Assembly (NCBI GenBank): GCA_934293575.1
Contig: CAKQYU010000005.1
Span: forward strand, 46,147 to 110,146
DNA: 64,000 nucleotides
From: an uncultured Lachnospiraceae bacterium
GTDB taxonomy: Bacteria > Bacillota > Clostridia > Lachnospirales > Lachnospiraceae
Reading direction: 5' to 3'
Shown here: one piece after another, positions 1-8,406 of the stretch
How the letters are laid out: every line of letters begins with the position of its first letter
Numbering within the stretch: the first letter of the stretch is position 1
Made by a program: the position numbers and the translations under genes
The notes under the pieces: model-generated
Told to the model about the DNA's origin: nothing
What the model saw: the letters and a program-made list of their open reading frames with translations, nothing else
Database searches by the model: none

Positions 1-395
1 CGTATGCGGAATCCATATATGAGGTAAGAAATCTGCTGGCAGGGGGGAAAGTTTCTTATGTGAAATCAGCCTCAACCTGGAGCACGGATTTGAATAATCT
101 TGCATTATCAAAGGATAAGAAGTCGGATTCCGGGTTATCTTACAATGATTATCTGTTATTAATGTTTGGAATGAAGTCCAAAAATCAGATAAATGTCTGT
201 TATAGCAGGATGTTGGATTTGATGGAACTAAATATTCAACAGTCAAACCCGAATTTTCAAATAGAAAATTGCGTTGGAAGTTTTTATATGCAGGGAAAAA
301 TCAGTTTAAATCCACTTTTTTTATCCGGAGCATCGGTTTCGTCATATGATTATTACTTTATGGATTTTATTTGTTATGAGGAGAGTACCCGGTAA
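1..395 (+). CDS. C-terminal fragment of a gene that starts upstream of the window; hypothetical protein, probably part of the Tad-like pilus locus
   Basis: The frame is open from nt 3 to the stop at 393-395 with no in-frame stop. The ORF-track start at 60 is an internal GTG. TadE-like genes lie immediately downstream. Confidence 0.4.
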   Translation, partial: YAESIYEVRNLLAGGKVSYVKSASTWSTDLNNLALSKDKKSDSGLSYNDYLLLMFGMKSKNQINVCYSRMLDLMELNIQQSNPNFQIENCVGSFYMQGKISLNPLFLSGASVSSYDYYFMDFICYEESTR

Positions 396-523
396 TTCTG
401 TTTTTAAAAAGCTCTTATAGAATACCATCTAAAAAATTTTCTTAAAATAATTGTATATCTACACTCCAAGTATGAACAAGGTTCTATAAGGGTTTTTTTA
501 AGACAGAAAGAAAGGGGAAAGGT

Positions 524-1321
524 ATGAATTTAAAAAAATGTCAATTGAAAAATAATTGTGGGGTGGCAACGGTAGAGGCATGTATTGTAATTCCTGTATT
601 TTTATTTTTCTTTTTAAGTATTGCTTCTATTATTATGATTTTTTTTGCGGAAACGCATATTCACCAAAGCCTTGCAGAGACCTGTAATGAATTATCCGTA
701 AATTGTTTTTATGAAGATTGTGTAAATCAAAACATTCAGGACAGGGAAGAGACAAAGAATAATGGGGTAGATATTGCATTTGAATATCTTAGACTCAATA
801 AAGCATTTGTTCAATATCTGGGTAATGATTTCTTTGTTGAACGCGTTGTAAGGAATGGAAAAAAAGGAATTTTTCTGACAGTAAAGAATGATGAAAAGAA
901 CAAAAAAATATTTTACGGGCAGGCAGAGTATACGGTTAATCTATATGTGCCAATGATTGGTATGTTTGCTATGGAACGTCAATTATCCATAAAGCAAAAA
1001 AGATTTGTAGGATATACATATGGCGAAGAAGCGGTTGAGGAATATGTTTATGTGACACCGTATGAATCGGTTTATCATACAAATCGAGGTTGTACACATT
1101 TATCATTATCCGTTCAAAGTATGAATGCCAGTCAGACAGATAATTATAAAATGTGTGCATTTTGTAAGAAATCAGAAAATAACAGTTCCTTGATATATGT
1201 TGCAAAAACATCCGATATTTGTCATACAAATAAAAATTGCAGTGGATTAAAGAGAACGGTTACCCGTGTTAAAAAAAGTACGATAGGAGGATTGGCACCA
1301 TGCAGTCGATGCGGAAAATAA
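524..1321 (+). CDS. TadE/TadG-like pilus assembly protein with a Cys-rich duplicated C-terminal module
   Basis: N-terminus CGVATVEACIVIPVFLFFFLSIASI matches the TadE-like signature (G..TVE.A...P....) followed by a hydrophobic helix. The C-terminus carries two copies of a Y-HTN-x-C ... C-x2-C-x-K motif. RBS aaagggga precedes the ATG. Confidence 0.55.
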   Translation: MNLKKCQLKNNCGVATVEACIVIPVFLFFFLSIASIIMIFFAETHIHQSLAETCNELSVNCFYEDCVNQNIQDREETKNNGVDIAFEYLRLNKAFVQYLGNDFFVERVVRNGKKGIFLTVKNDEKNKKIFYGQAEYTVNLYVPMIGMFAMERQLSIKQKRFVGYTYGEEAVEEYVYVTPYESVYHTNRGCTHLSLSVQSMNASQTDNYKMCAFCKKSENNSSLIYVAKTSDICHTNKNCSGLKRTVTRVKKSTIGGLAPCSRCGK

Positions 1322-1623
1322 AAAATAACCAAGGCAGTATTACAGTGGAAATGACATTACTAATTCCGTTTGTTTTAGGAATTATTTTTATGTATATCAT
1401 GTATCTGTTATTTTCAATTCAGACTGCCCGGAGTATGTATCAACAGATGGAAATTATATATGAAAAAGAGGATGAAAGTGCAATTGTTTTAAATCAGGAA
1501 AGTTTGAATTTTAATTTGTTTCATAGTAAAGAATATAAAGCAGAAATAGAACTAAAAGTATATGAAAAAAATCCCATTACATCCATAAGGAGGTGGCAGC
1601 TTGCAGCAGGGGCAATATCATAA
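1300..1623 (+). CDS. TadE-like pilus assembly protein (small)
   Basis: N-terminus NNQGSITVEMTLLIPFVLGIIFMYIMYLLF matches the TadE-like motif plus a TM helix. It overlaps the upstream gene's end, indicating an operon. Confidence 0.5.
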   Translation: MQSMRKIKNNQGSITVEMTLLIPFVLGIIFMYIMYLLFSIQTARSMYQQMEIIYEKEDESAIVLNQESLNFNLFHSKEYKAEIELKVYEKNPITSIRRWQLAAGAIS

Positions 1624-2857
1624 GGAAGGTGTGCGTCAGTATATTTATCTTCCGGTATGTAATTATGAGAATAATTACAGTAATCAATTGTTACAGTTTC
1701 ATTCTGTACCGGGACTTATGTCATATGAAATCCGTACATTAAATAATAAAAATTATATTTATTACAAATTAAAATATAAAACATCGTTGAAGGCGGTTGG
1801 AGATTATATTCGATTACAGGAAACAACGGTATTGAATATGATAGATTCTATAGCTAATATTATTCAAAATACAAAAGATTACCTGTTAGATATTAATCAT
1901 ATCATATGGTCATTTGATTACATTTTTGTAGATGTGGAGAGCGGAAAACTGGAATTTTGTTATTATCCGGAAAAACTATCCGATAATAGTCTGACAGATT
2001 TTTTATCGGAGCTGATTTCTTTTATCGGAAGAAAAAACAAATCTGTAGTTATGCCGCTTCTTCAGTTTTTTGATTATATAACAGATCCTCAGACAGACGT
2101 GGCTTTTACAGAATTTCAAAATAAAATATTAAAAAAAGAAGAAAATACAGAAAAGGATGATTGGGAAGGCTATAAAGAGGAGATGGAGATTGATAAGCCA
2201 TTACAGGAAAAAAAGAAACATAATTTACCGGATATCGGTATTGTTATTTTGGCAGTTGCAAATGTTACCGTATTATCTCTTTTCTTATTTCAAATTCTTC
2301 CGTATAAGTATTTTCCTCTTATGATTATCTTGTTAGTTAGCTTCATTGTTGCAGTTATTATTACATCCTTTATCACAAAAGAAGATACACCGGATAAAAT
2401 CATGGAAGAATATTTTAATGAGGAAGAAGAGAATAAAAAACTATCTGTGAAAGAGGAAAATTCCAATGCGTATTACGGAGAAACCAGTATTTTAATTAAG
2501 GATAATCCGGATGAAAGGGAACAAATTGTAATAGAAAATATGCCAAAGGAGTTATTTCTGGTACCGGCTAATGAAAGGGATTATCGGGAAATTAATATTG
2601 AAGAGGGAAGCATTGTCGTTGGCTGTATGCAGGAAAGCTGCGATTATATAATAAAAGAAAAGGGAATTAGCCGCCTGCATGCAAAGTTTTTCAAAAAAGA
2701 GGATATGTTATATTTGATCGACTTGCATTCTACAAACGGTACATTTCTGAATGGAGAATCCATTGAAGGGGGAAAAGAATATTTGCTGGAGGAGGGAGAT
2801 GCAATTTCTTTTTTTCAAACCGTCTTTTATGTGACTTCACGAAGAGATGAAAAATAG
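1601..2857 (+). CDS. FHA-domain membrane protein (accessory protein of Tad-type pilus loci)
   Basis: C-terminal FHA-like segment (GSIVVGCMQESCDYII...SRLHAKFFKKEDMLYLIDLHSTNGTFLNGESI...EGDAISF). Central TM helix (IGIVILAVANVTVLSLFLF / LMIILLVSFIVAVIITSFI). The start is uncertain: TTG in the track, with ATGs downstream. Confidence 0.55.
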   Translation: MQQGQYHKEGVRQYIYLPVCNYENNYSNQLLQFHSVPGLMSYEIRTLNNKNYIYYKLKYKTSLKAVGDYIRLQETTVLNMIDSIANIIQNTKDYLLDINHIIWSFDYIFVDVESGKLEFCYYPEKLSDNSLTDFLSELISFIGRKNKSVVMPLLQFFDYITDPQTDVAFTEFQNKILKKEENTEKDDWEGYKEEMEIDKPLQEKKKHNLPDIGIVILAVANVTVLSLFLFQILPYKYFPLMIILLVSFIVAVIITSFITKEDTPDKIMEEYFNEEEENKKLSVKEENSNAYYGETSILIKDNPDEREQIVIENMPKELFLVPANERDYREINIEEGSIVVGCMQESCDYIIKEKGISRLHAKFFKKEDMLYLIDLHSTNGTFLNGESIEGGKEYLLEEGDAISFFQTVFYVTSRRDEK

Positions 2858-2962
2858 AGACAATAGGATTTGGAGGTAAGAATTAATTTTAAATAGTAGA
2901 CAGCATCCGCAATAGGGTTTTTGTTGTCATTTTGCATATTTTCAGCTATACTTATAATAGGT

Positions 2963-4108
2963 ATGCGAAAAGAGGTGATTGCCACGAAAATTAATATTTA
3001 TTACGGTGGTCGGGGCGTTTTAGAGGACCCTACAATTTATGTTTTAAATAAAATGACAGAAGTATTAAAAGAGCTTCGTGTAGAAGTGAATCGATATAAT
3101 ATATTTGAGGATAAGAACGCAATTGCAACTTTGCCGGCAACACTAAAGGATGCAGATGGAGTGATATTGGCAACCACGGTTGAGTGGTTCGGTATTGGCG
3201 GATATATGCAGCAATTTTTAGATATGTGCTGGTTATATGCAGATAAAGAGGCGTTGCAGGATAAATATATGCTGCCGGTTGTAATGGCAACAACCTATGG
3301 TGAGCGGGATGCAGAATTAAGTCTTGTAAAGGCTTGGGAAACATTAGGTGGAATACCGATAACGGGTCTGGTTGCCTATGTTGAAAATTTAGATGAATTT
3401 GAAGAAAATAAGAACTATATTCAAATTATAGAAAAGAAAACAGAAGCACTTTATCGTTCTGTAAATCAAAAGACCCAGAGCCTTCCGACAAGTAATCTTG
3501 CGGTTAAGACCAATCTTTTAAAGACACGTACAATTGAATTGACGCCACAGGAAAGTGAACAGTTATCAAAGTTTGTAAGTGATGAATCTTATGTGAAGCA
3601 GCAAAAAGAAGATATTGAAGAGTTATCCGCAATGTTTAAAAAGATGCTGCATGATAATAATTCGGATAGGGAAGATGAGAAAGAAACGGAAGAGGATACG
3701 GTAGAGGAGTCAAGCATTGAGGACGTAGATGAACCAAAGGTTAAGGAACCTGCTTCTTCAAAGGATAATCCATCCGAAAAAAGAATTGATGCGGCAGCGG
3801 ATAATCTGGTTATGTCTTTTATCAAACATTACAATCCGCAACCGGATTTTGTTGCTTCCTATGCAATTATAATTTCAGATAAGGATTTGATTTTACATCT
3901 GGAGGCAACACCAAATCATGTAAAATGTTTTTATGCAGCCACAGATGAAGCGGATGTGATTCTTCGGACGAATACAGGTGTTTTGAATAATATACTTGCA
4001 GGCAGGAATACTTTTCAAAGAGGCTTTATGGCAGGAGAAATTTCGGCAAAGGGTAATTTTAAAACGTTACGAATGTTGGATGATATTTTTAAATTTCAGA
4101 AATCATAA
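2963..4108 (+). CDS. Flavodoxin-like fold oxidoreductase fused to a C-terminal SCP2 sterol-carrier-like domain
   Basis: N-terminus KINIYYGGRG...ILATTVEWFGIGGYMQQFLD resembles the NAD(P)H-dependent FMN reductase/flavodoxin fold. An acidic linker follows. The C-terminus (FVASYAII...GEISAKGNFKTLRMLD) resembles SCP2. The start is taken at MRKEV and is uncertain. Confidence 0.45.
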   Translation: MRKEVIATKINIYYGGRGVLEDPTIYVLNKMTEVLKELRVEVNRYNIFEDKNAIATLPATLKDADGVILATTVEWFGIGGYMQQFLDMCWLYADKEALQDKYMLPVVMATTYGERDAELSLVKAWETLGGIPITGLVAYVENLDEFEENKNYIQIIEKKTEALYRSVNQKTQSLPTSNLAVKTNLLKTRTIELTPQESEQLSKFVSDESYVKQQKEDIEELSAMFKKMLHDNNSDREDEKETEEDTVEESSIEDVDEPKVKEPASSKDNPSEKRIDAAADNLVMSFIKHYNPQPDFVASYAIIISDKDLILHLEATPNHVKCFYAATDEADVILRTNTGVLNNILAGRNTFQRGFMAGEISAKGNFKTLRMLDDIFKFQKS

Positions 4109-4152
4109 AATGAGACTATTATTTTAGATTTCAGGACAGGAAGGTAATAAAA

Positions 4153-5778
4153 ATGTCTTATATGGCGTTATATAGAAAGTGGCGACCGGATGAATTTGAA
4201 GAGGTAAAAGGTCAGGAACATGTGGTCACCACTTTAAAGAATCAGATTACACATGATCGTGTTGGGCATGCCTATTTATTTTGTGGAACGAGAGGAACAG
4301 GAAAAACCACAGTTGCAAAATTGTTTGCAAAGGCGGTGAATTGTGAGCATCCGAAGGAAGACGGAAGTCCATGTAATGAATGTCCAACCTGTAAGGCGAT
4401 TAATGCCGGAAATTCACTTAATGTAATAGAAATTGATGCCGCATCGAATAACGGCGTAGATAATATCCGGGATATAAAGGATGAGGTGCAGTATTCTCCA
4501 ACCGAGGGAAAATACAAGGTATATATCATTGATGAGGTGCATATGCTTTCTATTGGAGCATTTAATGCACTTTTAAAAACATTAGAGGAGCCGCCTTCTT
4601 ATGTTATTTTTATCTTAGCGACAACAGAAGCGCATAAGATACCAATAACAATTATGTCAAGATGCCAAAGATATGATTTTCGAAGAATCAGTATTGAGAC
4701 AATATATGAAAGATTGGACGATTTGTTAAAGAGAGAGGGCATTGAAGCAGAAGAAAAAGCAATCCGTTATGTCGCAAAAGCAGCGGATGGCTCGATGCGA
4801 GATGCTTTAAGTTTAATGGATCAGTGTATTTCTTTTTATCTTGGTCAGAAATTAACCTATGAGAATGTGTTAGATGTATTAGGCGCGGTGGATATCGATG
4901 TTTTTAATCGCTTGATGGAGACCGTAATTGCCAATCATACGATGGATGCATTGGACGTGATTAATGAAATTGTTTGGCAGGGAAGAGAATTGTCACAATT
5001 TGTAACAGATTTTACATGGTATATGCGAAATCTTCTTTTGATAAAATCGTCAGAAGATATAAAGGATCAGCTGGATTTATCCGCTGAAAATCTTGAAAGT
5101 ATGAAACAGCTTGCTCAGAAAACATCGATGGATTTATTGATTCGAAGTATTCGTATTTTTTCGGAGTTATCGAATCAGATTCGATATGCGACCCAGAAGA
5201 GAGTAACCTTGGAACTCGCAATTATTAAGATGACCACGCCGCAGATGGAGCAGGATATGACTTCTCTTTTGGAGCGGATAAGGGTTTTAGAGGACAAGTT
5301 AGATCATATTGGTGAAATGGATTTTAGTGCTATGAATCAGAATATGCAGATTGTTTCTGATGACACTTCATCCAAACAGGAACCTGCAATTAATAGAGAT
5401 GAAATAGTTAAAAATGAATTAACGCCGGCACAGTATGAGGATTTGGGAACAATTATCAACTGTATCAAAAACTTCAAAAATGATGAAGAGGTTTGTGGTA
5501 TAATTGGTAAGGGAACACTTACCATGCTGGATACAGCGGCAATTAATATTGGTCCGGATAAGAAATCAATCCGGCTTGTATTTGAAGATACGGCTTATGG
5601 TGATATGGATTATACAAGATTTTGCAACGATGGAATTTTAGATAAGATTCATAAAGTGATAGAGGACAAAACCGGAAAAACGGTAGATATCACTACAAGT
5701 CTGAAAAAAGATATGATAGAAAATGATATTAGTAATGTAAATTTATCTATGGTCAACTTTCCTGTTGATTTTGAATAA
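4153..5778 (+). CDS. dnaX: DNA polymerase III subunits gamma/tau
   Basis: ALYRKWRP...GQEHVV..L.N......HAYLFCGTRGTGKTT Walker A motif, Zn-finger CNECPTC, and the conserved dnaX-ybaB-recR gene order. Confidence 0.9.
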   Translation: MSYMALYRKWRPDEFEEVKGQEHVVTTLKNQITHDRVGHAYLFCGTRGTGKTTVAKLFAKAVNCEHPKEDGSPCNECPTCKAINAGNSLNVIEIDAASNNGVDNIRDIKDEVQYSPTEGKYKVYIIDEVHMLSIGAFNALLKTLEEPPSYVIFILATTEAHKIPITIMSRCQRYDFRRISIETIYERLDDLLKREGIEAEEKAIRYVAKAADGSMRDALSLMDQCISFYLGQKLTYENVLDVLGAVDIDVFNRLMETVIANHTMDALDVINEIVWQGRELSQFVTDFTWYMRNLLLIKSSEDIKDQLDLSAENLESMKQLAQKTSMDLLIRSIRIFSELSNQIRYATQKRVTLELAIIKMTTPQMEQDMTSLLERIRVLEDKLDHIGEMDFSAMNQNMQIVSDDTSSKQEPAINRDEIVKNELTPAQYEDLGTIINCIKNFKNDEEVCGIIGKGTLTMLDTAAINIGPDKKSIRLVFEDTAYGDMDYTRFCNDGILDKIHKVIEDKTGKTVDITTSLKKDMIENDISNVNLSMVNFPVDFE

Positions 5779-5804
5779 TGATTTAATCTAAAGGAGGAAC
5801 AACA

Positions 5805-6161
5805 ATGGCAAAAAGAGGAGGATATCCCGGAGGAATGGGAATGCCTGGTAATATGGGCAACTTAATGAAACAGGCACAGAAAATGCAAAAACAGATGGAA
5901 GAACAGGCAAAGGCACTGGAAGAAAAAACATATGAAGCAACAGCCGGTGGCGGTGTGGTTAAAGTTGTAATTTCAGGGAAAAAAGAAATTACAGAAGTGC
6001 ATTTAGATCCTGAGGTTGTAGATCCGGATGATATCGAGATGTTGGAAGATTTGGTTATGGCAGCAGTGAATGAAGCAATCCGTATGCAGGATGAAGATCA
6101 GAATGCATCTATGTCAAAGATTACCGGTAATATGGGCGGATTAGGAGGACTTCCGTTTTAA
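5805..6161 (+). CDS. ybaB: Nucleoid-associated protein YbaB/EbfC
   Basis: Gly/Met-rich N-terminus, MKQAQKMQKQMEE...GGGVVKVVISG motif, sits between dnaX and recR, strong RBS. Confidence 0.9.
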   Translation: MAKRGGYPGGMGMPGNMGNLMKQAQKMQKQMEEQAKALEEKTYEATAGGGVVKVVISGKKEITEVHLDPEVVDPDDIEMLEDLVMAAVNEAIRMQDEDQNASMSKITGNMGGLGGLPF

Positions 6162-6757
6162 TGGATTTATATAGTGAACAGGTAAATCTTTTGGTAGAAG
6201 AACTGGGCAGACTTCCGGGTATTGGAAGCAAATCAGCACAACGGCTGGCGTATCACATTATTAATATGCCGATGGATCAGGTTAAATCCTTATCGGATTC
6301 CATTATAAACGCCAGAGAAAATGTCAGATATTGCGAGCAGTGTTATACCTTGACAGATAAGAAAATCTGTCCGATATGTGCTTCACAAAATCGAGACCAT
6401 AAAACAATTATGGTAGTGGAGACACCAAGAGATTTAGCAGCATATGAACGTATAGGCAAATATAATGGTGTTTACCATGTATTACATGGAGCAATTTCTC
6501 CCAAACTTGGAATCGGACAAGATGATATTAAATTAAAAGAATTGATTCTACGATTAAAAGACGATGTGAATGAGTTGATTATTGCTACAAATTCCGGTGT
6601 TGAGGGTGAGATTACAGCTATGTATATCAGCAAATTAGTGAAACCAATGGGAATTAAAGTGTCCAGAATTGCATCCGGTATACCGGTAGGCGGTGATTTG
6701 GAATGTATTGATGAGGTTACATTGCTCCGGGCTTTGGATGGTAGAACCGATTTGTAG
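6161..6757 (+). CDS. recR: Recombination protein RecR
   Basis: LPGIGSKSAQRLAYHI helix-hairpin-helix, C-x2-C...C-x2-C zinc finger, Toprim region; the start overlaps the ybaB stop (TAATG). Confidence 0.9.
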   Translation: MDLYSEQVNLLVEELGRLPGIGSKSAQRLAYHIINMPMDQVKSLSDSIINARENVRYCEQCYTLTDKKICPICASQNRDHKTIMVVETPRDLAAYERIGKYNGVYHVLHGAISPKLGIGQDDIKLKELILRLKDDVNELIIATNSGVEGEITAMYISKLVKPMGIKVSRIASGIPVGGDLECIDEVTLLRALDGRTDL

Positions 6758-6798
6758 ATGGTGATTCATACATATACGAAGGAAAGGAAGGTAGTAGG

Positions 6799-7878
6799 AT
6801 GAAAAGAATAGGAATGTTAACAAGTGGTGGTGATTGTCAGGCACTGAATGCAACTATGAGGGGTGTTGTTAAGGGTTTAACCAACATGTATAAGAAAGAA
6901 GTAGAAATATACGGATTTCTTGAAGGATACAAAGGTTTGATCCGGAATAATTACAAATTGTTGAAAGCTTCTGATTTTTCAGGCATTCTGACAAAGGGTG
7001 GAACCATTCTTGGCAGTTCAAGAACACCATTTAAACTGATTGATGAGCCGACAGAGGACGGTATCAATAAAGTAGAGGCAATGAAGGAAACTTACAAGAA
7101 TCTGAAACTGGATTGTCTTGTTGTATTAGGTGGAAATGGTTCACAAAAGACGGCAAACAGACTTCGTGAAGAAGGATTGAATGTTATTGGACTTCCAAAG
7201 ACGATTGATAACGATTTATGGGGTACGGATATGACATTTGGTTTCCAATCCGCAGTAGACATTGCTACACAGGCAATTGACTGCATCCATACAACAGCAG
7301 CTTCCCATAATCGTGTATTTATTGTTGAAATTATGGGTCACAAGGTTGGTCATATTACATTACATGCCGGAATTGCCGGTGGTGCGGATGTAATCCTGTT
7401 ACCGGAGATACCATATGACATTAAGAATGTATGTGCAGCTCTTGAAAAGAGAACAAAACAGGGAAAAGGATTTTCAATCATTGCAGTAGCTGAAGGTGCA
7501 ATTTCAAAAGAAGACGCAGCGTTGCCAAAGAAGAAGAGAAAAGAGAAAATTGCAAATCGGGCATATCCTTCAGTTTCCTATGAAATTGCAGATCAGATTA
7601 AAGAAACTTGTGGATGTGAGGTTCGTGTAACAGTTCCGGGCCATACACAACGTGGAGGTAGTCCGGATGCATATGACAGAGTGCTTTCATCAAGATTCGG
7701 AGCATATGCAGCGTCCCTGATAAAGGAACAAAAGTATGGAAGATTGGTTGTCTTAAAGGACAATGATGTAACAGATATCGGGTTAGAGGAATCAGCCGGC
7801 AAATTAAAATATGTTTCACCGGAAGACAGTATTGTAAAGAATGCAAGGGCATTGGGAATTTCCTTTGGTGATGAATAG
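6799..7878 (+). CDS. pfkA: 6-phosphofructokinase
   Basis: N-terminus RIGMLTSGGDCQALNATMRGVV, GGNGS, and the PKTIDND catalytic region. Confidence 0.85.
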   Translation: MKRIGMLTSGGDCQALNATMRGVVKGLTNMYKKEVEIYGFLEGYKGLIRNNYKLLKASDFSGILTKGGTILGSSRTPFKLIDEPTEDGINKVEAMKETYKNLKLDCLVVLGGNGSQKTANRLREEGLNVIGLPKTIDNDLWGTDMTFGFQSAVDIATQAIDCIHTTAASHNRVFIVEIMGHKVGHITLHAGIAGGADVILLPEIPYDIKNVCAALEKRTKQGKGFSIIAVAEGAISKEDAALPKKKRKEKIANRAYPSVSYEIADQIKETCGCEVRVTVPGHTQRGGSPDAYDRVLSSRFGAYAASLIKEQKYGRLVVLKDNDVTDIGLEESAGKLKYVSPEDSIVKNARALGISFGDE

Positions 7879-7891
7879 GTAGATATAAACA

Positions 7892-7925
7892 GCGGACGGG
7901 TAGATGTATTCGTCCGCCTTATGGT
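7892..7925 (+). terminator. Weak hairpin downstream of pfkA (possible terminator)
   Basis: gcggacg-N12-cgtccgc stem followed by a poor U-tract. Confidence 0.25.
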
Positions 7926-7982
7926 GTTTAGCAATTTTAAAAAGTTTGCATATTTTGTATATATGGAAGAATTATAAGGAGT

Positions 7983-8378
7983 ATGTCTATGTATATGCAG
8001 GATATGGATTTTGATAAAATGTTTCCTCAAGTTCCGGAATGTATAGAGGATGAGAGAAGATATATATCAGACTACAATTATTTTAAGAATATGTATCCTG
8101 CCAGATTACGGCTGGTAGCAGGAATCATAGAAGATTATTTGGATCGATTTGAGTATGAAGGAAGTTCCATTTATATGGAATATCCGGATCAGGTTAGCAT
8201 ATACCGGATAGCAAGTCATATTTATAATATGTTTTGTCAGGTAAACAGAGAAGAGTTTGAAGATACACAGGAAATAATAAAATTTAAAGAAGTAATTCAG
8301 ATTATGGTTTGTCAGGAAATTTATATCCGAAGACGAAGAAAAGAACGTTTTATGAAACGGTTTTACAATGTAAGATAG
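7983..8378 (+). CDS. Hypothetical small protein
   Basis: ORF with RBS aaggag; no recognisable domain. Confidence 0.4.
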   Translation: MSMYMQDMDFDKMFPQVPECIEDERRYISDYNYFKNMYPARLRLVAGIIEDYLDRFEYEGSSIYMEYPDQVSIYRIASHIYNMFCQVNREEFEDTQEIIKFKEVIQIMVCQEIYIRRRRKERFMKRFYNVR

Positions 8379-8406
8379 AGACAGAAAATTATTTAGGAGC
8401 ATTGAT

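Noticed and set aside
969-1229. Minus-strand 86-aa ORF inside the TadE-like gene, and similar antisense ORFs (3030-3344, 3589-3825, 4272-4529, 5012-5221, 5337-5525, 7092-7286, 7593-8030, 9791-10145, 10312-10572)
   Set aside because: They lie wholly inside well-supported genes on the opposite strand. They are low-complexity, have no RBS and no motif: typical shadow ORFs.
4100-4153. Expected SRP RNA (ffs/scr) upstream of dnaX, as in many Firmicutes
   Set aside because: Only 45 nt separate the upstream CDS from dnaX; no room and no conserved SRP helix-8 motif.
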